This document shows, piece by piece, positions 24,811 through 30,196 of a stretch of DNA of 36,280 bases; within the stretch, counting starts at the first letter, position 1, and each line of letters starts with the position of its first letter. The position numbers and the translations under genes are program-made. Under the pieces are notes generated by a model. The model was not told where the DNA came from, searched no databases, and was given only the letters and a program-made list of their open reading frames with translations. This DNA comes from a virus, in the IMG/VR virus record IMGVR_UViG_3300017816_000002; one strand, given 5' to 3'.

Positions 24811-25007
24811 GACTGCTGCCCCCCAGCGTCCTGCACCTGCCCGCCGCGGCTCATCACCTCGGCCACGTCATCCGGCTTGGCGGCGGCAGCGGTGTAGCGC
24901 CCCCTGGCCACATGGGCGACGGCCTGCGCCTGCGAGATGGCGCGCACCAGGACGGTGGCCGGCGGATCGGCCTGGGTGTCGGTGACCTTGTAGATGCGAC
25001 TGCTCAT
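24807..25007 (-). CDS. Hypothetical early protein (66 aa)
   Basis: AAGGAG SD. ATGA-coupled to the exonuclease gene. Confidence 0.6.
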   Translation of the reverse strand: MSSRIYKVTDTQADPPATVLVRAISQAQAVAHVARGRYTAAAAKPDDVAEVMSRGGQVQDAGGQQS

Positions 25008-25025
25008 TGCGGCGTTGCTCCTTGC

Positions 25026-25274
25026 TCAGTGGGTGTCGTCGGCCGGTCGCGCCGGCCGGATGAAGGGCGCGATGCGTTCGTGCTCGCGCGCATCGCTGGT
25101 GGCCTTGCGCAGCTCGTAGGCCACGTTCAGGCCGAACAGCACCGCGATCAGGCCGACGCCCCCGGCCAGGGCATAGGCGCCGGCCACCGCCGACAGCACC
25201 ACCATGGCGATCAGGAACAGAACCACGAGGGTGGAGACGACGGCGGGGACATAGGCGAGGTAGCGGTCGTTCAT
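25026..25274 (-). CDS. Small membrane protein (82 aa, 2 TM)
   Basis: Start ATG 25274 with a CAGGAG SD. Hydrophobic stretches YVPAVVSTLVVLFLIAMVVLSAVAGAYALAGGVGLIAVLFGL. Confidence 0.62.
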   Translation of the reverse strand: MNDRYLAYVPAVVSTLVVLFLIAMVVLSAVAGAYALAGGVGLIAVLFGLNVAYELRKATSDAREHERIAPFIRPARPADDTH

Positions 25275-25311
25275 GGGATAGCTCCTGCCGGCGATGCCGG
25301 CGTGTGGGTGT

Positions 25312-25620
25312 TCAGGGGGAGATGGCGACCCAGAGGCACAGGGCCGCACAGACGACGCACAGGGCATCGACCACAACGGACCGGATGGCCTCCAGGTGCT
25401 GCTCGCGGGTCAGGCCGGGCCAGTTCCCGTCTGCCGTCGGCGGGGTGGGGGGCAGGTCGTCCGGTTTCGGGTACACCGGCAGGTCCGGCACCGATTCACG
25501 CGGCGGCGGCGAGCCGGTCCAGGTGCCGGTGCCCACCAGGTCGGCGTTGCCCAGCTCCAGCACCTCGCCCGGCGAGGGCAGGCCCTGCTGCATGGCGGCG
25601 ATGAAGTCGGCGTCGTTCAC
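25312..25620 (-). CDS. Hypothetical Pro-rich protein with a C-terminal TM helix (102 aa)
   Basis: Good GC3. C-terminus is VVVDALCVVCAALCLWVAI. Confidence 0.58.
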   Translation of the reverse strand: MNDADFIAAMQQGLPSPGEVLELGNADLVGTGTWTGSPPPRESVPDLPVYPKPDDLPPTPPTADGNWPGLTREQHLEAIRSVVVDALCVVCAALCLWVAISP

Positions 25621-25826
25621 AGGCCACCTCCAGCCACCAGGGCGGCGCGGACGCGGCGCGCCTCAGCCATGAAAGGGCGGATGCGGTCGCGGCAGCGGTT
25701 CCCGGCTTCCCACAGGCGGGCGCGCTTGTGGGCGTGCTTCGTGGCCCGATACTCGCGGCGCAGCTCGACGAACCAGCGGCTCTGCTCGCGGGCTGCGTCG
25801 ACCCAGTAGCGGACGGGGGCGCTCAC
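25617..25826 (-). CDS. Hypothetical basic protein (69 aa, GTG start)
   Basis: GTG 25826 overlaps the upstream stop (GTGA). Arg/Lys-rich. Confidence 0.5.
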   Translation of the reverse strand: MSAPVRYWVDAAREQSRWFVELRREYRATKHAHKRARLWEAGNRCRDRIRPFMAEARRVRAALVAGGGL

Positions 25827-26167
25827 GCGTACACCCCCGCCAGCTGCTCGACTGCCTCGGCCTCGCTCAGCCACGGCCGGTCGTTCTGCCGGACCTCGAC
25901 CAGTTCGCCGATGTGGCGATCCACCGCGGCGCGGTACAGGTGCATGAAGCCCACGGCGTCGTCGGCGCGCAGGAAGAGGGCGGCCTCGGCGGCCTCCTCC
26001 TCGCTCAGCGCCACCTCGCCCAGCAGCGCCGGGGAGTGCGCCAGCTGCTCGCGCAGCTCGGCGTCGCGGTCTGCCTCGTAGTCGCCCAGCGGGGCGTTCT
26101 GCGGGTCATGCGGGTGGGGGAGGTCACCCGGGCCGGGCATACGGTGGTAGGCAGCCTGCAGTCCCAT
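25823..26167 (-). CDS. First gene of the early-left (PL) operon, acidic hypothetical protein (114 aa)
   Basis: Start ATG 26167 with a GGAGA SD 7 nt upstream, about 50 nt downstream of the predicted PL start. Not Arg-rich, so not N-like. Confidence 0.62.
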   Translation of the reverse strand: MGLQAAYHRMPGPGDLPHPHDPQNAPLGDYEADRDAELREQLAHSPALLGEVALSEEEAAEAALFLRADDAVGFMHLYRAAVDRHIGELVEVRQNDRPWLSEAEAVEQLAGVYA

Positions 26168-26224
26168 CGCTCTGTCTCCTGCCCCATCCCTCACCGCGAG
26201 GGGGTCTGCTGGGGCGATGGGGAG

Positions 26225-26253
26225 ACAATAGCAGCGCTAATTATCCGCGTCAA
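26225..26253 (-). promoter_or_regulatory. PL early-left promoter
   Basis: Minus strand: -35 TTGACG (26248-26253), a 17-nt spacer, then -10 TATTGT (26225-26230). It has the same -10 hexamer and the same operator geometry as PR. Confidence 0.7.
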
Positions 26254-26264
26254 CAGCAAAGCTA
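26229..26264. promoter_or_regulatory. OL operators (two TAGC-N3-GCTA-type sites, 25-bp centre spacing)
   Basis: TAGCAGCGCTA (26229-26239) overlaps the PL -10 and spacer. CAGCAAAGCTA (26254-26264) abuts the -35. The 15-mer CAGCAAAGCTATTTA is shared exactly with OR (28782-28796). Confidence 0.7.
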
Positions 26265-26317
26265 TTTATTTGTCGAGCAGCCGACGAACGGTAGGGCGAA
26301 GTTCTACATAGCCGGGC

Positions 26318-26343
26318 AAAGAAAAACCCCGCCGGGGCGGGGT
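26318..26343 (-). terminator. Intrinsic terminator of the repressor/cargo operon (tIMM analogue)
   Basis: Stem CCCCGC/GCGGGG (26327-26342) followed on the minus strand by TTTTTCTTT. Lies between the DUF3800 stop (26483) and PL. Confidence 0.8.
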
Positions 26344-26482
26344 CTCTTGAGGCGCCCTTAGTCCGTGGGATAACCCTGTGGGCAAGTGGTTGATTACTGC
26401 CTTGACTTTTGATAGCTTTGCGGCCAGCCCCCGGCAGTCGAAGCCCCTGCCCAGAGTAGGGGAAGCGGCAAAGGCCGTGACC

Positions 26483-27235
26483 TCAAGGTCTAGACTGCCG
26501 GGCGCGCCCTCCTCTAGGGCCCAGCTGCATGTTCCACATGCTCAGGCGCTTTTCTCCGTAGTGGGAACTTCCGCCCAGCCGCCTCACTCCGATCTTCCCC
26601 GCCACGTGAGCCGCCAAGGCGCTCTTTGCGGCGCTCGCCTCCGGCCGGGTGTCGTGGGCGTTCTTGTGCCACGCGATCGCGCCGGTCAGCAGATCCGCCA
26701 CCTGGATCAATCGGGATCCCTTTGAGTTGCGATGGGCGACGCGGGTGAAGGGCCGGTGCTGGGGGGTCCCTAGATCCTTCGCCGCCCGTCTATTGAGGCA
26801 GGTCTGCAGCTCTAGCAGGTCCCGCGCGGTGTTCCTCGCGTCCAGGTCGACCACGATCTTTTCCAGCCGCACGAACGGCTTGCCGGCTCTGTGGTACAGG
26901 ATCTGGAACAGTAACTTGTTGAAGCCAAGTTCGCTGTCACCCTCGTTGTAGGCCCGGTGATCGAGCAGGCTGGTATCGACAATGAGGGCATGGGCCTCGC
27001 TGCCCAGCGGGACCATCTCGTCGAAGTAGAAGTCGACGGCAGCCCTGTACGCGGCTAACTTCCCGCCGCTGACCTTGGTCCACTTGAGCTCACTGTTCTG
27101 GATCCCGTGGTCGGCCAGGCGGGCGTCGAGATCGTGTTCAAACTGCCGCACCATCTGGGCCGGGCAGCTAACGAAGCCGAGCACCATGTACCGGTGCGCG
27201 TTCTGGCTGCTTTCGTCGAGGAAGACGTGCCGCAC
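26483..27235 (-). CDS. DUF3800-family protein (250 aa)
   Basis: The N-terminal MRHVFLDES motif and the C-terminal LIQVADLLTGAI motif are the two signature motifs of DUF3800. Uses more A/T-ending codons (tta, aga, cta, ata, tca) than neighbouring genes. Confidence 0.82.
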   Translation of the reverse strand: MRHVFLDESSQNAHRYMVLGFVSCPAQMVRQFEHDLDARLADHGIQNSELKWTKVSGGKLAAYRAAVDFYFDEMVPLGSEAHALIVDTSLLDHRAYNEGDSELGFNKLLFQILYHRAGKPFVRLEKIVVDLDARNTARDLLELQTCLNRRAAKDLGTPQHRPFTRVAHRNSKGSRLIQVADLLTGAIAWHKNAHDTRPEASAAKSALAAHVAGKIGVRRLGGSSHYGEKRLSMWNMQLGPRGGRARQSRP

Positions 27236-27385
27236 CTACTTCACCCAGCCGCCCGTCCACCGCACGCGCCCCACGACCGTGAGCCCGTCGGCCAGCGGCC
27301 GCGGATCCTTCCAGTTGTGGTCTCCGTCGGGGTTGTCCGACACGAACACCACCTGGCCTACCGTTCGTCGGCTGCTGCGGGGAAA

Positions 27386-27420
27386 CCTAGGCATTGCCTA
27401 TTGACCGCATCCTAGGCATT
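27386..27420. repeat. Two CCTAGGCATT direct repeats (25-bp period) upstream of the DUF3800 gene
   Basis: Exact 10-mers at 27386-27395 and 27411-27420, each containing the palindrome CCTAGG. They lie in the 186-nt spacer between the SHOCT gene stop and the DUF3800 start. Confidence 0.6.
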
Positions 27421-27421
27421 T

Positions 27422-27922
27422 CTACCGCTGCAGCAGCTTCTGCTTTTCTGCCTCGAACTCGGCGTCCGTCAGTAGACCGCGCCGGCGCAGGTCATCCAGC
27501 TTCGTCAGCTCCGTATAGAGGTCCGGATGCGGCTGCGCCTGAGCTTGCTCAGGAATGCCGGACGCACCGGCGCTTACATGCACATGCACGTCAGGCTCGG
27601 GGGCGATGGCGGCTGAGGTCGCCTCGCCCGGACGGGCAAGGCGGAACTGGTACTCCGCGGCGGGGAAGCGACCTGGCGCCGCCTCGGTGTAGGCCATGTG
27701 CACCGGCACCGCGACCATGCCGCGCTCGGCGGCGTAGTCGTTCGCGGCTTGGATGGCCTTCTTCTTGGTGGTGCTGGGCTGCCCGAAAGCACCGGCGTGG
27801 TTCTTTACTATCACCATGAACACGTCCGGAGATACCTGCAGAACCTCTGGCTTCCCGGCATGGGCTGTAGGCGCAGCGGTTGCGATAGCAGCCCCGAGTA
27901 CAAGCATCAATCGAGTCTTCAT
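27422..27922 (-). CDS. Secreted protein with an N-terminal signal peptide and a C-terminal SHOCT domain (166 aa)
   Basis: MKTRLMLVLGAAIATAAPTAHA|GK looks like a type I signal peptide. C-terminal LYTELTKLDDLRRRGLLTDAEFEAEKQKLLQR is the SHOCT motif. GGAGAAGG SD, 9 nt after the orf134 stop. Confidence 0.8.
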   Translation of the reverse strand: MKTRLMLVLGAAIATAAPTAHAGKPEVLQVSPDVFMVIVKNHAGAFGQPSTTKKKAIQAANDYAAERGMVAVPVHMAYTEAAPGRFPAAEYQFRLARPGEATSAAIAPEPDVHVHVSAGASGIPEQAQAQPHPDLYTELTKLDDLRRRGLLTDAEFEAEKQKLLQR

Positions 27923-27931
27923 CGCCTTCTC

Positions 27932-28336
27932 CTAATGCGCAGGCAAACAATCCGGCAGGCTTGCGCCCGTCTCGGCGGCATCGACGTACCCGTTCATCCG
28001 GTCCAGAAGATCGTCCAACTGCGGGTCGGTCAGGTCCGAGAGGTAGGGCACGCCTTTGGTCATCAGGAAGTGGGTGATAGCGATCTGCCAGCCGTACGTG
28101 TTAGCGATGACCATGATCATGTGCATCTTCCTGGCGCGCTCCGATACGTCGAGCGGCCGCATGGTGGTCCAGTCGGGAAGGCTGGGCGGTGGCGGCTCTG
28201 GCGCCGGCTGCGCCTCAGGCTCGCTTCCGCTGCCGACCAGCCGCAAATCCCGCGGCATCCCCAGTTTCCGCTTCGCGCGCTGCGCCAGAAGCGCCGCCAC
28301 GCGGTCGACCTGCTGCCCGAACTCCTCGCTCCCCAT
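27932..28336 (-). CDS. orf134, hypothetical protein cotranscribed with the repressor
   Basis: ATG 28336 is preceded by GGAGG (6-nt spacing). All of the first ~14 codons end in G/C. Pro-rich linker (EPEAQPAPEPPPPSLP) then a helical C-terminal domain. Overlaps the repressor 3' end by 122 nt. Confidence 0.72.
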   Translation of the reverse strand: MGSEEFGQQVDRVAALLAQRAKRKLGMPRDLRLVGSGSEPEAQPAPEPPPPSLPDWTTMRPLDVSERARKMHMIMVIANTYGWQIAITHFLMTKGVPYLSDLTDPQLDDLLDRMNGYVDAAETGASLPDCLPAH

Positions 28337-28745
28337 CCATCGCCTCCGTCTGTTCCAGGATCACCAAACGCAGCAGTTCGGCGAACAGTTCGGGGTCCGC
28401 TTCGATGTCGATCGGCTTCCCCACGACCTGCCTGGTCGATTGCCGCATCAGCTGCGCCGCGCGTGAAATGGTGGAGGCGGTCAGTCGCGCGAGGTGCGAC
28501 GGGCCGAAGTGATCTTGGATCCGGCGGTACTCGAGGCTGATCTCGGCGGGGGAGATGCCCAGGGCGGACGCGATAGCCTCGGCCCGGTCCCACGGCACCG
28601 GACGGTGCCCACTGGCGTACTGGCTCACCAGGCCCGGAGTCACGTCGAGCGCATCGGCCAGTTGCGCCTTGGTGGCGCCCGCTTTCGCGATGGCGACCGT
28701 GAGGCGGAGAGCTTCCTCGGTCTGGGGGTTGGCTGGCCTAGGCAT
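28215..28745 (-). CDS. CI-like prophage repressor (XRE HTH N-terminus, no S24 peptidase domain seen)
   Basis: AKAGATKAQLADALDVTPGLVSQYASGHRPVPWDRAEAIASALGISPAEI is the HTH. Divergent from the cro-like gene across the operator region. No SD. The -10-like TAGCGT ends 6 nt before the ATG, suggesting a leaderless mRNA. The last ~40 codons have poor GC3. Confidence 0.8.
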   Translation of the reverse strand: MPRPANPQTEEALRLTVAIAKAGATKAQLADALDVTPGLVSQYASGHRPVPWDRAEAIASALGISPAEISLEYRRIQDHFGPSHLARLTASTISRAAQLMRQSTRQVVGKPIDIEADPELFAELLRLVILEQTEAMDGERGVRAAGRPRGGASGAAREAETGDAAGFAAGRQRKRA

Positions 28746-28746
28746 G

Positions 28747-28817
28747 TAGCAACGCTATCCCAGCGCCGTCCGTCGGGCGACCAGCAAAGCTATTTACAAG
28801 AGTAGATAGCCAAGCTA
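28747..28817. promoter_or_regulatory. OR operators (three TAGC-N3-GCTA-type sites)
   Basis: TAGCAACGCTA (28747-28757), CAGCAAAGCTA (28782-28792) and TAGCCAAGCTA (28807-28817). The last overlaps the PR spacer and -10. The first overlaps the putative PRM -10. Confidence 0.72.
28752..28780 (-). promoter_or_regulatory. Putative weak maintenance promoter (PRM analogue), leaderless repressor mRNA
   Basis: Minus strand: -10 TAGCGT (28752-28757) ends 6 nt before ATG 28745. The -35 is poor (TCGCCC, 28775-28780). Confidence 0.4.
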
Positions 28818-28821
28818 TTGT
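28793..28821 (+). promoter_or_regulatory. PR early-right promoter, leaderless cro-like mRNA
   Basis: -35 TTTACA (28793-28798), a 17-nt spacer, then -10 TATTGT (28816-28821). Six nt later comes ATG 28828, with no SD. Confidence 0.68.
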
Positions 28822-28827
28822 GCGCCC

Positions 28828-29058
28828 ATGAGCGCACCCATCCTGCAACCTCTGGTAGACAAGGTCGGCTCCCAGGCCGAGTTCGCCCGCCGCATAGGAG
28901 CCGCCCCCGCGCTGGTCTGGCAGTGGCTGGATGCACGCCGGCCGGTGAGCCCGAAGTACGCACGGGCCATTGAAGCGGAGTTCGGCGTTTCCAGGCACGA
29001 CCTCCGCCCCGACGTGTTCGGCCCGGCGCCCGCGCAGAAGGCCCGCCGCCGTGCCTGA
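28828..29058 (+). CDS. Cro-like repressor (YdaS/Cro-type HTH, 76 aa)
   Basis: GSQAEFARRIGAAPALVWQWLDARRPVSPKYARAIEAEFG is the HTH. Divergent from the CI-like gene. Confidence 0.8.
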   Translation: MSAPILQPLVDKVGSQAEFARRIGAAPALVWQWLDARRPVSPKYARAIEAEFGVSRHDLRPDVFGPAPAQKARRRA

Positions 29059-29061
29059 CCA

Positions 29062-29092
29062 GGACATGCACAACGCCACGCTGCGCATGTCC
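29062..29092. terminator. Hairpin between convergent cro and orf91
   Basis: GGACATGCACA (29062-29072) pairs with TGCGCATGTCC (29082-29092), 10 of 11 bp. No U tract. Confidence 0.45.
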
Positions 29093-29117
29093 GCGATGCT
29101 CGCGGTGCTGGACCTGT

Positions 29118-29393
29118 TCAGGCGGCTGGGGATTCCCCGTTTCGGCGATGTGCCGCAGCGCGGATCTCCGTCGCCAGGCCCTGCAGCGTCTGGACGTATG
29201 CCTCCTGGTACTCCGGGAGCTGGAAGTAGTCCTGCTGCATCTCCGCATCGACCCATTGCAGGTTCCGGGCGTCCCACGCCGCGAGGGCCGCAGCCGGGTC
29301 CGGGTGGGATGCAATGAGCACGGTCATCGCCTGGCGCATCGCGCCCGTCATCGCCAAGCACTGCGTCAGCAGGCGCACTGCCGTTTCGTCCAT
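29118..29393 (-). CDS. orf91, helical hypothetical protein antisense to the early-right operon
   Basis: ATG 29393 with a GGAGA SD 6 nt upstream. High GC3 in this frame. The overlapping plus-strand frames are Arg/Ser/Pro-rich junk. Confidence 0.62.
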   Translation of the reverse strand: MDETAVRLLTQCLAMTGAMRQAMTVLIASHPDPAAALAAWDARNLQWVDAEMQQDYFQLPEYQEAYVQTLQGLATEIRAAAHRRNGESPAA

Positions 29394-29469
29394 GTCCGTC
29401 TCCGGTATCGGTGGTGGGGTCGCACTCCCATCGTACCGGCAGACGGGCGCCTCTCTGGTCGGCCACCCC

Positions 29470-29712
29470 TCAGTTCCCCAGCGGCGCCGGAAGCCTGAGC
29501 CGCAGCACCCGCGCGCCTCTCTCTCCGCGCGGAGCCGGTTTGGGCGCCGGATGGGGGAGTGCGCGCGCCACCACCTGGCCGCCCACCCGCCGCACGGCGA
29601 CCACGCCGCGGCAGATGCGAACCAGCGTTGTGACGCCCTCCGCGTCCACCCACAGCTTTCCCTGCCGGCGTTCATCGTCAGGCGTCGGCAGGTCTTTTCT
29701 TTCTGAGTTCAT
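29470..29712 (-). CDS. orf80, hypothetical protein antisense to the early-right operon
   Basis: ATG 29712 with GAAGGA 9 nt upstream. GC3 is about 79% by my count. The C-terminal third is low-complexity (PHPAPKPAPRGERGARVLRLRL), so its extent is uncertain. Confidence 0.45.
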   Translation of the reverse strand: MNSERKDLPTPDDERRQGKLWVDAEGVTTLVRICRGVVAVRRVGGQVVARALPHPAPKPAPRGERGARVLRLRLPAPLGN

Positions 29713-29760
29713 GCGGCTCGGTCCTTCGGGGTCGGCCCTTTATTTCGCCCCGGCGGGCTT

Positions 29761-29787
29761 GTCCCACGCAGTCCCACGAGGTGGGAC
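29761..29787. promoter_or_regulatory. Three helically phased heptamers GTCCCAC / GTCCCAC / GTGGGAC
   Basis: Heptamers start at 29761, 29771 and 29781, exactly 10 bp apart. The last two form the palindrome GTCCCAC-GAG-GTGGGAC. They lie between divergent orf80 (start 29712) and the cII-like gene (start 29804). Confidence 0.65.
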
Positions 29788-29803
29788 GACCGAGGAAACA
29801 CCG

Positions 29804-30196
29804 ATGCAGACACCGCAGATGCCGCTGTTCTACGACACCTACGAGGATGCGATCCGAGATTGCGTGACCGCGCTGGGGGGCAACAAGGCCGTGGGCAACA
29901 TGCTCTGGCCGGCGCTGCCCGCCGACGAGGCCGGCCGGAAGCTGGCGCACTGCCTCAACCCGGAGAAGCGCGAGAAGCTGGACCTGGGCGAGCTGCGCCT
30001 GATCCGCCGCGAGGCCCGCAAGGCCGGCGTGCACATCCTGGCGCACTACGAGGCCCGCGACGCCGGGTACACCGAGCCGCAGCCGCTGAACCCCGAGGAC
30101 GAGGCTGCCCAGCTGCAGCGCGAGTTCATCGCGTCGGTGAAGGCGCTGGAGGCGATCCAGGCCCGCATGGGTCAACTGCAGGAGAGGACGCGCTGA
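29804..30196 (+). CDS. CII-like regulatory protein (Phage_CP76-like)
   Basis: 130 aa with a GAGGAA SD. KLAHCLNPEKREKLDLGELRLIRREARKAG resembles the CP76/CII motif NKLNPE...L.L.EL..I (recollection). Confidence 0.6.
   Translation: MQTPQMPLFYDTYEDAIRDCVTALGGNKAVGNMLWPALPADEAGRKLAHCLNPEKREKLDLGELRLIRREARKAGVHILAHYEARDAGYTEPQPLNPEDEAAQLQREFIASVKALEAIQARMGQLQERTR

Noticed and set aside
29314-29706. Plus-strand ORFs (29148..29498, 29314..29706 and the 5' part of 29411..30196) as continuation of the early-right operon
   Set aside because: Their translations are Arg/Ser/Pro-rich with poor GC3. The minus-strand frames (orf91, orf80) have coding-like GC3 and SD sequences.
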